NCBI GenBank assembly: GCA_001179505.1
Contig: CDMY01001057.1
Span: 1 to 64,000, forward strand
Direction of reading: 5' to 3'
Length of the DNA: 64,000 nucleotides
Origin: Vitrella brassicaformis CCMP3155
Lineage: Eukaryota > Protista > Chromerida
The notes under the pieces were generated by a model. That model was not told where the DNA came from and searched no databases. It saw only the letters and a list, made by a program, of their open reading frames with translations. Of this stretch, positions 11,539 to 24,818 are shown piece by piece; position 1 is the stretch's first letter, and each line of letters opens with the position of its first letter. Both the position numbers and the translations under genes were made by a program.

Positions 11539-14500
11539 ATGGACGGTCATCCACAAGATCCACAGGGAGATTTGCCGCCCGAGGCGCACAACGATCAACA
11601 CATGGAGGCTGAGGAAGAGGAGGAAGAGGAGGAGAGCGGACACGACCAAAGCCACTCACCGCCCAACGATGCCGGTGCGCATCAGGACGGTGATGAGGAC
11701 GAGGAGGACAGCAACGATGGCCAACAACAGCCTCACCCCGCACCCGGACCAGCGGCAGCAGCAGCGGCAGCTGAGGCGTCAGCATCCCCCGACCAGAATG
11801 GCCGCGACGAACACAACGACGTCAAAGACAACGACGTCGACGAGGGTCTCGACGAGCAGCCCAGCCACCGTGCTGCCTTCGTCGATGACGAGGCCGAGGA
11901 GGGCTCGGACGAGGAGGGTGGCGGCGGCGATGCCGATGCGGAGGCGCGAGCACGCAAGAAGAGGAAGCTCGAGAAGAAGAAGCGCAAGAAGGAGCGTCTG
12001 AAGGCCAAGCGTCGGAAGAAGAAGCGGAGGAAGGGCGAGGAGTGGGAGGGCGCCGAGGGTGAGGGCGGGGAGGGCGGCGGGGAGGACGAAAGCGATGAGG
12101 AGGAGGAGGAAGGAGAGGAGGGAGAGATTGCAGGTGCGTACGTCATCTGCCCTGCCCGCACACGACAGCACAGCACAGCAAACACATATATCGCTATCGT
12201 TGTGCCCATGTGACGTGCAGATGAGATGCGTGGTTTCATCGTGGACGCGCCTGACGAGGAGGAGGGGAGTGAGGAGGACATGGACGAGGACGAGGATGAA
12301 GACGAGCGGGGCGCCCAGGACCTCGACGACGACGACTACGAACTCATCGAGATGAACACCGGAGCAAGGGTACTCATTCACACTCTCACACCGATGGATG
12401 CCATCCATCCACTCTGTCCCTATGGTGCTTGTTCGTCAGGTGCAAAAACGCCGCCGCGACGCCGATGAGGACGAGGAGGATCGTGGTGTGCAGCGTCGTC
12501 GGCTCAAGAAGGGCACTCGTGATGTGGTCAGGGGTCAGGACGCCGAGGACCTCGAGGCGCAGCTCTTCACCGGGGCTGACGACGAGGAGGCCATGGCGCC
12601 ACCCGACCAACAGGACAGGAAAAAGGTCAGGGATGCGTCGAGGCAGGAAATGTGTGATGGTATCATTTGGCGTGTCGTCTTGGTTTGTTGTGTGTGTGTG
12701 TCTGTGTTCGGTCCAGCAGCGCCGTGATGATTTCTTCATCGAGGACGAGTATTACGACGGCGAACCAGGAGGTACGCACACACAGCAACACGCCGAGAGG
12801 CCGACAACCACACGCATGTGTGTGTGTGGATGGATGGATGGATAAACACAGAGGGTCGTGCCCGCGAGGACGCCCGTGAGGAGGCTCGCGAGCTCGAGAT
12901 GATCTTCGGCCACAACTACGAGTTCGCCCTGCAGATCCTGTCCGCCGACAAGTAAGCGACAGCCACAGCACGGCACCCATGAGTGCACTCACCGTGTGTG
13001 TGTGTGTGTGTGCGTGCGTGCGTGCAGGGGTCGTCTGGCATATGAGATGGAGCGTGAGCACCACGAGGGCGAGGAGAGCCCCCGCGACGAGGACGACGAC
13101 ATCAGACCGGCGTACGAGAAGGAATGGGTCAAGGTAATAACACAGACCAAGAGCGCCACTCTGCAATGGCTGGATTACGTACCATCCGTCGTGTCGGTTT
13201 GTGTGCAGATGGGCGAGCCCGATGAAGTCAAGCGGTAGGCGACCAGCAAAGAATAATTGCAACTGGGTTGATGGATTGATTGATGGATGGATGAATCGCC
13301 TGGTGCGCGTGTGCATGTCAGTGAGTTCATGACGGCCGAGGACGAGAAGATCAAGAAAGACAACATGCCAGAACGACTCGTCGACAGACACAAGTCAGCC
13401 AATCAACCACCCACCACCCACCCCCATCTCTCGGTGCATTTGCTGCTCGTGTGACATTACCTGTCTGTCTGACAGGGCCCACGGCGAGAGTTTGCACATG
13501 CTGACCGACGAGGCGCTGGAGTACGAGGCGAGCTGGCTGATGGAGCGGTTCAAGGACATCCCCGAGTTCGTCAAGGCCTTGAAAGACAGCGAGCTATACG
13601 ACGACCCCGCACAGGTACACACGCCACAACCTCGTAGAGAGATACGCCCATTTGGGCCTCGTGTGGGTCTGTCTGACAGATGGAGAAGGTCGCCGGCCGC
13701 GTCAAGACGGCACTCCACCTGATGCTCAGAGAAAAGAGAGAGGTGCGTCCGCGACCTCAGTCCACAGAGAGACACCCACACATCCCTCCCACCTCCCACC
13801 TCGCGCCCCCCCTCCCGCCCTTCCTCCCTCCCTCCCTCTCTCTCTCTCTCTGTGCTGCGTTGCCCCCCCGCAGGTGCCATGGATCTGGTGGCACGCCCGT
13901 GAGTTGGTTCAGGTGCGGCCGCCCAGCGACGACCTGACTTTGGTGTACCGCTACGACAGGGACGACCACAGCGGCCACTACCTCCGGCACATGGACGAGA
14001 TTATCCACTACATGCAGTTCCCCGAGGAGAGGGACCACGTAAAAGAAGCACGGAGGCAGCGCGACAACGAGGAGGAGATCGACGACGAGAAACTGGTGCT
14101 CGACGAGGTCCCGTTTGTGAGCCCCTGCCTGACCGAGGAAATGCTCTGGAAGATCTACGAGCTCGACCTCGAGGTGCGCTGGGCTACTGGGGGGTGGGGG
14201 GGTGGGCATGAAGCGAAGCGAGCATCTATGTGTGTGTCATTATCCGTCTGTTCAGTACTGGCGCTTGAAGGAGATCCATGCAGAGCTGCAGAAAGAGGTG
14301 AATGAGTTAGTTGGCGACGGAGGGTGGGTGTCACTGCATATATGTGGCGATGGTGTGTCTTCTGTCACACAGTTGGAGTCGCTGCCAGCTCCCCTGGAGG
14401 AGCCCCTCGCCTCTCTCGTCGCGCCGTTCGGCCCCGCCACCACCGCCCAAGTGCTGCAGGACGCCACGGCGTGTGTGGACTTCTACGGCCGCCTTGTGCG

Positions 14501-17500
14501 CGTCAAGCAGGAGCAGCAGCAGGAGGGCCAGGCCAAGGACGAGGGGCAGGACGACCACCTCTTCGAGGACCAGCCCGCACCAACCGTCAAGAAGGAAGAA
14601 AACAAGAAGAAGACGCTGAAGACCTTCTACACGGTATCACACCCACCCACACCAACCACCACGTGACCATCCCGGTAGTGCATGTCTGTCCATCATAACC
14701 ATCTTCCGTCGTGCCTTCACTTCATTCAACAGTTGGTTGAGGACAAGGGCCTGGCCAGCCTGGCGCAGCACTTCTGCTACTCGCCCGAGGATCTGCTCGA
14801 GAACTTCAATCTCAACGGGCCTCCCTTCAAGCGCAAGGACCTCCCCACCATCACGCGCAGGGACGCAGACGGCAACCCAATGGACCCTGAGGTCGTCGCC
14901 GATGAAGCCGACCTCAAAGAGGTCACTTTAACTCGCAACGCGCACGTGTGCCCCCATCGTGTGGCAATCCCTCTTTGTCTGTTATCCGTCTGTCAGTGGT
15001 TCGGTCAGTACGTCGATCGTCCGTTCTTGACGAGCGAGAAGGTGTCGTCGGCGGTGATGGACTACGAGGCCCGGCGGCTGGCCCGCCATCCCGGCATCCG
15101 CCAGGCGCTGCGGCAGTACTTCGTCAAACACGCCAGGCTGACCACCCGCCCCACGGCCAAGGGCCTCGAGCTCAAGGACCCCGTGCGCAAGGAGTGGGCC
15201 GCCATGCGCATCAAGGACAAACACATCGACGAGTTTCAGGTACGTCAACCACCCCATCAGACACACACACACACGTGGGAGGCGGGCCTCATTTGTCTGT
15301 GTGTGTCGGTCAGATGTTTGGTGTGGAGATGCCCGACCCGCTGCGCGTAATCCGTCCTTGCCGTGATGAGGAGCACCGCATCAACGACGAGCTCGCCGAC
15401 ATCCACACAAAGCGCAACCAGATCGAGGTCGACGTCGACAACGTCCGCAAACAGCGCGACGACCCCAACACGGCGGAGGAGCAGAAGACAGAGCTCCAGG
15501 AGACGGAGAAGAAGCTCGTGGCCGAGATGAGCGAGCTGCGCAACAAGGAGGACGAAATCAATCAGCAGGCGGCCAAGGCCAAGGCGTCGTTCGTTACCAA
15601 AGTGGTGGAGTGGGGCGATGAGGTGCGGGACCTGGGCAACGGCATGTGGCCGTCGAACATGACGCAGCGGCGGGACGGCAGGGCTGCTCGGTACAATAGC
15701 CAGGACATGGCGGTAATCCGGATGGAGATGGAGCCCTGGGAGCGGGTGCACTTCGGCATCGAGTGGGACAGAGACTTTTACTGGGACAGAGAGACCTTCC
15801 TACGAGTCAACAGAGCCGAGAAAAGTGGACTCTTGGAGGTCAGCTAACCCAAACCACGGCACCTTACCCCTCCCATGTGTGTGTGCCTGCATCTGTGTGT
15901 GTCGTCCGTCAGGTGGCCATCCACCTCAACCCGCTCGACCCAGACACCTTCCGCGAGCTGAGGGGCCAGGACGCCCTCGACGCTGAGCAGAAGGAGAAGG
16001 ACGAGCCCAAGGATGACACAGACAAGGATACAGACAGAGACAAAGACAAGGCCAAGGGCAAGGGCAGGCCTTCGTACGACCGTTGGGCGCTGAGCCGGCT
16101 GGTGGAGCGGCTCACGCGGGGGTACCTGGTGGACGAGAAGGAGGATGAGGGCGGGGAGGACCCCTTCAACGGCGTGCGCCGGCAGATTGTGAACCGGCTG
16201 CTGGACAAGGAACTCTTCCCGCTCTTCCGCAAGGAAGTCAGAGAGCTCCTGCTCAAAAGGGTACACACACAAAATTGGGGCGGGGGGCTCCATCCATCCA
16301 TCCATCCATGCATCCATGGTGTGTGTGTTGTGTGTTCTGTGTGTGTGACAGTCCCAGGATTGGGTCATCAAGCTGGCTCAGCGGTCGCTGCGGTGGCGTC
16401 TGGACCTGCAGGGCGTGCGCAAGGCCACCGACCTGCGGTACTTCGACATGCCCGAGGAGGACATCCCCGACGACTCAGAAGAGTTCTCCGAGGACGAGCT
16501 TGAGCTATACCGAAAGGGCGTGTACCGGTCAGCAATACACACACCTTCCCACACACACACACGCGCCGTGTGTGGAGTGCATCGTGTATCTGCGTGCTGT
16601 GTGGTGTTGTCAGGTCGGTTGGTGTGGTGACTGAGGATGTGCGCAACGGGACGATGACGCACTTTGTGGCGGTGGACCCCTTCGGTGAGCACCTTGACCA
16701 CCTCACCATGAGCTTCCTGCTCGACAGACGGCTCGACTACAACTCGCACATCAGGAGGCGACGCGAAAAGGAGCTCGAGACCCTCACAGCATTCTTCGCC
16801 AAAAACAGACCTGACGTGGTCGCCATCGGCGCCTGGGGGAGAAGGTGAGTGAGCAGATCATCTGTGTGTGTAACTCTGTGTGGACTGTGTGTCGTGGATG
16901 GATGGATGGATGTGTGTTGTGCTTTGTGTGTTGTGTGTTTCACCAGGACGTTTGACGTTGAGCAGGAGGTTGGTGCGGTGATCCACAGCCTCTGCAACCC
17001 CGACAGCACAACCGTCGTCCTCAGCTGGCTCGAGAAAACCATCGAGCAGGTGCGTCGGTGCAGTGCCTGACAGACGTACCACCACACCACACCACACCAC
17101 ACGAGCTCGCCGACGTGTGTGTGCATGTGGGTGCGGTGCAGGGCGTTGTGTCGAGTGGCCGTCGGCCCGTGATGACCTATGTCGGTGTGGACGTGGCCCG
17201 CATCTACGCCAAGAGCGACAAGGTGGCCAAGGAACTCAAGTCCATGCCCCCTGCCGTCCTGGAGGTCAGCCAGCGACTTACACACACACACACACACACA
17301 CACACAGGCAGACTCCCTTTCATGTGTGTGTGTGGGCTGTGTGTGGGTGTAGGCGTTGTCGATAGCGCGCTACGTGCAGGACCCGACGAGTGAGATATTG
17401 AACCTCTGGGGCGACCATGACGTCAACCCCCTGCTGCACCTCAAGCTGCACCCGCTGCAAAACATGGTCAGCAACCACACAGACGCGAGCAGGTCACAAA

Positions 17501-17512
17501 CGTGGATGCTCA

Positions 17513-17548
<36 letters not shown>

Positions 17549-20500
17549 TGTGTATGATAGATCCCGCGCGAGAAGCTCGAGGACGCCCTCCTGCAGCCCA
17601 TCATGAGCATCGTCAACAAGGTCAGCCACCGACACACACACACACACAAAGCGGTCGGTATGATGTTCGCCCACCCCACGTCAGGTCGGTGTGGACATCA
17701 ACTTGGTCCGTGACCACGCCCACCTGCAGGGCACCCTCCGGTTCGTCTGCGGCCTGGGGCCCCGCAAGGCCAGCGACATCCTGCACAAACTCATCCAAGA
17801 CGGACACACCGTCAGGGTCAGTCACTCACTCCCTCAACACCACCACCCACCACCCACCACAAACACACACACACACACAGCAACCTCTGTGTGTCTGTCT
17901 GTGTCGTTCGTTCATTCAGTCGCGTAATGAGTTTGCCCGTACTGTGGAGGTGGACGACAAGGGCTACGTGTGGACCAACTGCAAGGCCTTCATCCGGGTG
18001 GACGCGCCGTCGGTGACCGAACGCCGCGATCTCGAGGATGAAGACGACGAAGAAGAGAGGAAGGACGTACCGGACGGTGAGCGGGCTGGCTGCCACCTGC
18101 TCCTGCTGCGGCTGCTGCTGCTGCTGCTGCGTTGATTGGGGTGTGTTGTGTATGGTCACATGTGTGTGTGTGTGCAGATGTGTTGGACCACACGCGCATC
18201 TTTGTGATGCCCTATGGCCACAACAGCCTCGAGCAGGACGAAGAGGACCTGCCAACAAAGGCACAACACACACACACACAGTCTACTGCACTCGCGAGCC
18301 CAGAGCTCATCCGTTCGGGTGTGTGTGTGTGGTTGGTCGCTCAGCGGAAGTACTTCCGTAAGACGTTGATCCAGCACCTGTACAACAGTTGTTTCCTGCA
18401 GCCGGAGGAGCTGCAGCGGCGCGAGCTAGACTTCCAGCAGATGGCGGGCCACGAGAGGGACGCCATCCTCAACAACAGCGTCTGCGATATGATGCGGTAC
18501 GTTCGTACGCCCGCCTGGCTCCTGCCTTAGGCACTATTACACACATGCACTGACACGTATGTGTCTGTTGTGTGTCAACAATCAGGAAGCCCGATGACTT
18601 CGAGGCTCAGTTCGGTGAGCTGGATTTCGACGACGTCTGCAACCAATACGACGAAACCTACCGCGGCGTACACTGCAGGTCTGTCTGCCACCTCCCCCCC
18701 ACCCCCTCTGCCACAGCACATCACATCCATCACACACGTGGTATAAGCTTTCTTTGTGTGTGTCTGTTCTGTGGTGTGCGGCCTGCAGGCCGCTGTACGA
18801 CTTTGTGAAGCGCGAGTTCACCCAGCCGTACGCCGACCTCCGCATGCCCTTCTACACCGAGCTGCCCAAGGCCCTCATGTTCTACTGGATCACCAAGGTA
18901 CACACACTCACCTCACTCACACCCGTCCATCGGTGGCAGGCAACAAGATGGCTGTGTGGTGTGGTGTGGCTGGGTGTGGTGTGCGTGTACTGACTGCAGG
19001 AGGACCGTGACGAGCTGGACCACGGCACTCTGGTGTCGTGCAGGCTCGCCCGAGCCAGCGAGAAGGACACCACCAACACGGCACAGAAATCAGACCAAAT
19101 GAGAGGGGTACGCACCGCGCGCCTTCCCACCCCACCGCCACTCCCACCCCTCACCCCTCACCCCGCGCCGCATTATCGCGTTGTCCGGTCCGTGCTGTGT
19201 GTGTTTGTCTGTCGTGTGTTGTGCAGGAGATGTACGGGCTGCAGCTGCAGGTAGTGATAGAGTCCAACGACCTGGTGGTGGGCATCCGTGAGACCGACAT
19301 GTGCATCTACCTGGCCGAGATCCTCGAGAGGAGGAAGGACCCCGACTGGCTCAACCTGGCACAACAGGGCCTACGCACCGCCTCCATGCGACGGACACCT
19401 AGTGAGGAGGAATGAGGAATATAAGGAGCAATGGAGCACCCATGGCTGTGTGTGTGTGTGTGTGTGTGCAGGTTCCCGTCTTAAGGCAGTCGAAACGTCG
19501 CTCATTTTCAACCACAAGCTCTTCGGCGACTCCATCAAGAAGTACCTGCCAGAAGGTAGGTATCAACCAACGCACACGTGCACACACACACACGCAGTCT
19601 GCCTGTGAAGTGAATGGGTGGCCTCCATCTCATCTCCCCTCTGCCTCATCTATCTGTCCGTCTCCTCTGGCAGGTTCCATTCTGGACGGCCGAATCGAGG
19701 TGATATCCTTCGATCCTCCCGAGAGGATCCGTCAATCGCACGGACAGATGGTGCCGCTGCAGAAGTTCACCCCCGACGGCCGCAGGCGCCAGAGCTTTCT
19801 TATGACGGCATACTTCTCCGAATTCCTCAGCAACGACAAACTCCAGTACACTCAGACAGAGACACGGAGCGGGAGGGATGGAGGGTTGCAATATGCTATA
19901 TCTTGTCGTTTGTCTGGCTTTGGTGTGTGCAGTGACTTCTTGGAGTGCTACGAGCGTCACAAGATCGACATCCACGAGTTCCCCACTAAAGCAGGCGCAT
20001 ACAGCGAGCTGGACCAGCAGCAAAAGTGAGCTGGCACACACCCCGCCATCGATCCATCCATCCATCCATCGATGTGTTTGTGTGTGTCGATTCCAACAGG
20101 GCGGAGGGTCGTCCGCTTGCGCGTCGCAACATCCACCACCCGCACTACAGACCATGGACTGAGGAAAAGGTCAACAAAGCAGACACGCCCACCCAACCGC
20201 CCACATGCACTCCCCTTCCTCCCTCCCTCCCTCCCTCCCTGCGTCACTCACCCCTTCCTCCATGCAGAGTCACGAGGAGCTGTCCAAGGACGAGCACCCT
20301 GTCGGGCAGTGGTACGTGCGGCCGACCCAGGGCACCGGCCTCTTTCTGGACCTCAAGGTGTCCAAAAACCCCAACGTCATCGAAACCTTCCGAATCAGTG
20401 AAGACAAACTCCCCGGCAGAGGTAGGTAAAGGGACGATGAGATGGTGGGCTGGGCGGGGCGGCTGATTGATGGATCACCTGCCCTTGACGTGATGTGGAT

Positions 20501-20950
20501 GGGTGGGTGGATGGCTGCAGGCGAGTTGGGTCACGAGTTGCGTCTAAGGTCACATTTCAACCCGGGCGTGTTGAGGGATCTGGACCAGCTGAGCTCTCAG
20601 TTCATCGAGCCCCTCACACAGAACCTGGAGCAGGTCTACAGCCATGAGGTGGGTGAGTGCGTCCCGTGGGCCACACCCATGTTAACAAAGGCATGATGGG
20701 TATCGTCCGTCCGTCATCAGAAATTTGTGGATCGTTACCGGACTGTGGATGGCGATCCGTCGAGCGAGTCGCCCTACGTGGATGGCCTGCGGGCTAAGCT
20801 GACCGACGACGACGCGTACGAGATTGGGGCACAGATGAAGAGCAGATGGGGCATCTGCAGGACCGACAGGGTGAGTGTTTCCCTCCCTCCCTCCGCCCCT
20901 GCGCCCCTGCACACAGGCAGTGTGTCTTGTTCATTTGTGTGTCTTGTTCA

Positions 20951-20983
<33 letters not shown>

Positions 20984-22659
20984 TAGTCCAAGGTGCAGAC
21001 GCCTCTGACGTTTATCTTGGGCATCGTGCCCCAGCCCGAGAACAAGGACGTGCAGGACTACGACCCCATGCGCATGTCGCACAGGGGGTTCAAGCTGTGG
21101 ACACATGTACGCCACGCCACACACACTGACACCCCACGCACCTCCAGCCCCCACCCACACACGCACGTGCCTCTGCTGTGTGGTCAGGAGGAGAGGACGC
21201 TCAAGGACCTCATTGCGTGGTGGAAGCGCGAAGGATACACCAACGTAAGAAAGACCTCCCCACCCTCACACACACTCATTTGTCCCCCATTCATTCGCAC
21301 CACTCACTCCTGTGTGTGTCTCTTGTGCTTGTGTCTGTCTATCGCAGAAATACACGGAGCGTGACAAGTGGACCAAGGAGGAGGAGGCCCGGCGGCTGCA
21401 GCGGGAGCAGCTCATCCAGAAGCAGGAGGAGCTCGAGCAGCAGCGCATGAAGAACGTCAACCCACAGTACTACAACCTCTTCGGCACCGCTGTCGTCGGC
21501 GCCAACATACACCCGCAGACCGTCTACCAGGCATACGACCCCGTAAGAAGCCACCCAGCCATCCAGCCATCCATCAATCCGTCGATCTCAATGCATGGCT
21601 CTCTCTCTGTCCTGTGTGTGTGTGTGTTGTGCAGAATGGTCCTCCTGCCCCGTCTGCCCGTCCAATGGGCTACAGCCAGTACGCCGCCCCTCCTGTCCAG
21701 CAGCATCAGCAGCAGCAGCAGCCATTCGTCCCCGGCCTCGCACACGCCTACAACAGCGCGCAGCAGCCCCCAGCCATCGGCGGCGGCCTTACCGGCCACC
21801 AGGCCCTCGACATCGCCAGGCGGCTCCCCGCAGACTCGCACAAGCCACGCCCTCGTGGACCCCCCCAGCAGCCGTCCACCTTTGCAGACCAGTTCGGGCC
21901 GGCACCTGGCCTGGCCCCCCCATCGAACTCTGGTGGGCAGCGATCCAGCATGGCTGTCCCTCCAGCTCCGTCATCACAATTCTCAGGCGGTGGATCGGCG
22001 AGTGGGGGATATGGCCGTGGTGGTGGTGGTGGTGGTTATGACAACCGTGGTCGTGGAGGTGGAGGTGGCGGCTATCGGCCGTCAGGTGGGGGAGGGAGAG
22101 GAAGGGGTGGTCGGGGAGGTCTGGACCGCGGCTTTGTGAGAGCTGAGAGGCAGGGCGGCGGGTACGGCTACAGAGAGAGAGAAAGGGACACCGGCGGTGG
22201 CGGTGGGGGAGGCCGTGGGGGGTACGGCTACAGAGAGAGGGAGAGGGACACTCGTGCTGCTACTGGTGCAAATGAGGTTCCCCTCGGTCCTGGAGGTGGG
22301 TGGAGGGGGCGAGGAGGCGACACCCGCAATGGCACTGACAGAGGAGGTCAGGGACATCCGAGAGAGGCAGGCAGGCAGGCAGGCACATCCATCCCCGTCA
22401 CCAAATGTCGGTCCTGTCCTCTCTGTCTTGTCTTGTTGGTTCAGGCTATGCTGGTCGTGACAGCGGCCCTCCCCCCTCACGAGAACCCCCCGCCCCTCCG
22501 CCATGGGCTGTGAAGCCGTCCAATGGGCCACCTGCTGCCGCATTTCCTGGTGCTGCTGCTAGTGGCGGTGGACCCCCTGGCGAGCCGCCGAAAGCTGCTG
22601 CTGGTGGTGCTTCCAAACAGGCCGCCTTTCTGGACGACAACGACGACAGCTGGGAGTGA
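11539..22659 (+). CDS. SPT6: Transcription elongation factor SPT6 (many exons)
   Basis: Acidic N-terminus with GFIVD, EFMTAEDEKIKKDNMPERL, ARHPGIRQALR, YqgF-like domain (VVAIGAWG), HhH (GVDINLV..LRFVCGLGPRKA, VWTNCKAFIRV, VLDHTRI), S1-like region, tandem SH2 (WYVRP..) and an RGG-rich tail. Confidence 0.93.
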
Positions 22660-22829
22660 AGGAGAGTGGATGTGGTGGCGTGGGTGCGCTGCTACTGTGG
22701 TGTGTAAGTGCGTGCCTTGTGTAACCGTGCTGGTGGGTGGTCGATGTGAGTGACGCGTGAGTGGCTGTTTTAAACACACATGATGGACAGACGCTGCGTG
22801 TGGACATGTGGGCTGTTTGTCATGGAGTG

Positions 22830-24747
22830 CTTATTAATCTTGTGGACGCTCACCCCGTCGGCTCAATCGTACGTGTCACCACACGCACACACACACTCAC
22901 ACGCATCCGGACACTGTGTATACAATCCTCAGTCAGTCAGGCAATCCGTTGTGTGTGCATCCATCAATTGCTGCCATCCTCCCCTCTGTCCCCTCTGCTC
23001 TCACTCTTGCCCCCACCACCCACACCCGCCCTCCCCTTGTATGTGTGCTGCTGTTGTTGCTGCTGCTGTCGCTGGAGTGCCGTCCTCGCCTCGAGCATGG
23101 TAGCCACGCTCAGTGGCGGCCGCCCGGTGAAGACCTGGGGGGTGGATGATGAGGGCGGCAGGGCGATATCGGGACGCGAGGGGCGGGAGGCTGACTGCGT
23201 CATCAGCTCCATTGTCACCGACCTGCACCGAATAGACGCGGGTTGTCGTCTTGCATGCATATGATGGTTGCCAACTTACTGCAGCCTCTCCTGCAGTTTG
23301 CGTATCTCATCGTCCCGTATCTGGACCATCTGCTCCACCGCATACTCCTGAGAGGGACACCCGTCCAACGTCCATACTTGTGTGTGTATGCCGTGGTCAC
23401 CTGTGCCTCTAGGGCCGTCCACTCTGCGTCGAGAATATCATCCCGATCCGTCGCATCTACGCGCCAACACACCGGCAGAGGGAGAGAAAGAGCAGGAGCG
23501 AAATGTGTGTGTGAGGTTGTCTGTGGATGAATGGATGTCCATACGCACATGTGAGTGAGGGGTCATCTTCCAGCTGCCGCATGGCCAGCTCCCGCTGCTC
23601 CACCTCTCGATGCATCGCCTCCAGGGAGCCATACTCGCTCTCAAAACTCTGCATGCATCCGCACACCCAACACAGCAGCAATGTGTCCCGGCATCCATCC
23701 GTCCATCCATTCATATCAGTACCTCATTATCCACCCGCATCTTCTCTCTATCGTCGGCTATCTTGGCCTCCCACCTCTCCAGCTCCCTCCCCCACTCCTC
23801 CCGCTGCCCACGCCTCTCCAACACCTGACGCGCCACCTGCTCCTCACGCCCACCCAGCAAACGGCACTCACGCTCGTCAGCCATCGCCTGACTCCTCCTC
23901 TCATCAATGTCAGCCTTCTTCGCACACAGAATGGCCTCTCTCGGGGAAATCTGCTCCTCCAGCCGCTTGGTCTGCTCAAGAATGGCGCACAGCTCGGTTT
24001 CCAGCGCCGTGATGTCAGCTTGGATTGTGGTGACGAGAGCCTGATGGTTGGAGAGGCTGGCTTTGGTGTCCTGCAGGGCAGCCGCCTCCTTGTCGACGGT
24101 GGACTGCAGGTCGGCGATGGCCTGCCGGTCCTCGTCGAGGGCCTTGGCGGTAGCGGCGGTCTTGTCCAGCTGCTCGTGCAGGTGGATCTCTTTCTCTTGC
24201 AGGCGGACCAGCTGACGCACACACAGCCAAAAGAACCATATGGATGAATGGATGGATGGACAGATAGCTTGTAGAGCAGTGTGGCACATACTTGCGATTT
24301 GACTGCGTCCATTCTGGCGGCCATGTCCTCCTGGCGCCTCTTGTGCATGGCGTCCGCCCGCTTGAGCAGCTCCTCCCTCGCAGCAAAGTCCGCCCGCATG
24401 CCCTCAAACTCCTTCTGCTGCGCCGCCAAGGCCGCCTCCCTCTCCTCGGCCACACACACGGTGGTATCCCTGGTGTGCTCCCGCTGCTCGACCACCGACA
24501 GACGCCCGTTCAGCTGCATCGCCTCACGGATCACCGCAGCGCGGTCACGCTCCACCTTGCGCATCACGGCAGGCCGGCAGCGGCAGAACTTGGCCTTTGT
24601 GGCTTGGGATTCCAGCGATGCGGCCTTGGGCGCCTGCTGGTGCTGCTGGTGGTGGTGGGAGGGATGCGTCATGCTGTTTGCAGCAGCGGCAGGTTGCGAA
24701 GGATGGGATGGCGTGGGAAGGCGGAGATTGGGGCGGTTCGGCTGCAT
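22830..24747 (-). CDS. Long coiled-coil protein of unknown function (3' end approximate)
   Basis: Heptad-rich E/Q/R/A exons (ORFs 23758..24747 and 23711..24289) joined by GT-AG introns. Confidence 0.6.
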
Positions 24748-24818
24748 GATATAACGAGTGATCTAGCCAACTTCTGGATGCGAATTTACATCATGAGTGT
24801 GGGACCATCACTCTTGCC

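Noticed and set aside
21368-22659. SPT6 C-terminal Argonaute-hook (GW/WG) as in plant SPT6L
   Set aside because: The tail is RGG/YG-rich with a duplicated GGYGYRERERDT, but has only one GW, which is too few.
683-22659. Functional cluster of transcription elongation genes (CDK9-like + SPT6)
   Set aside because: The CDK copy is degenerate, lies about 9 kb away and is separated by unrelated genes, so proximity alone is not evidence.
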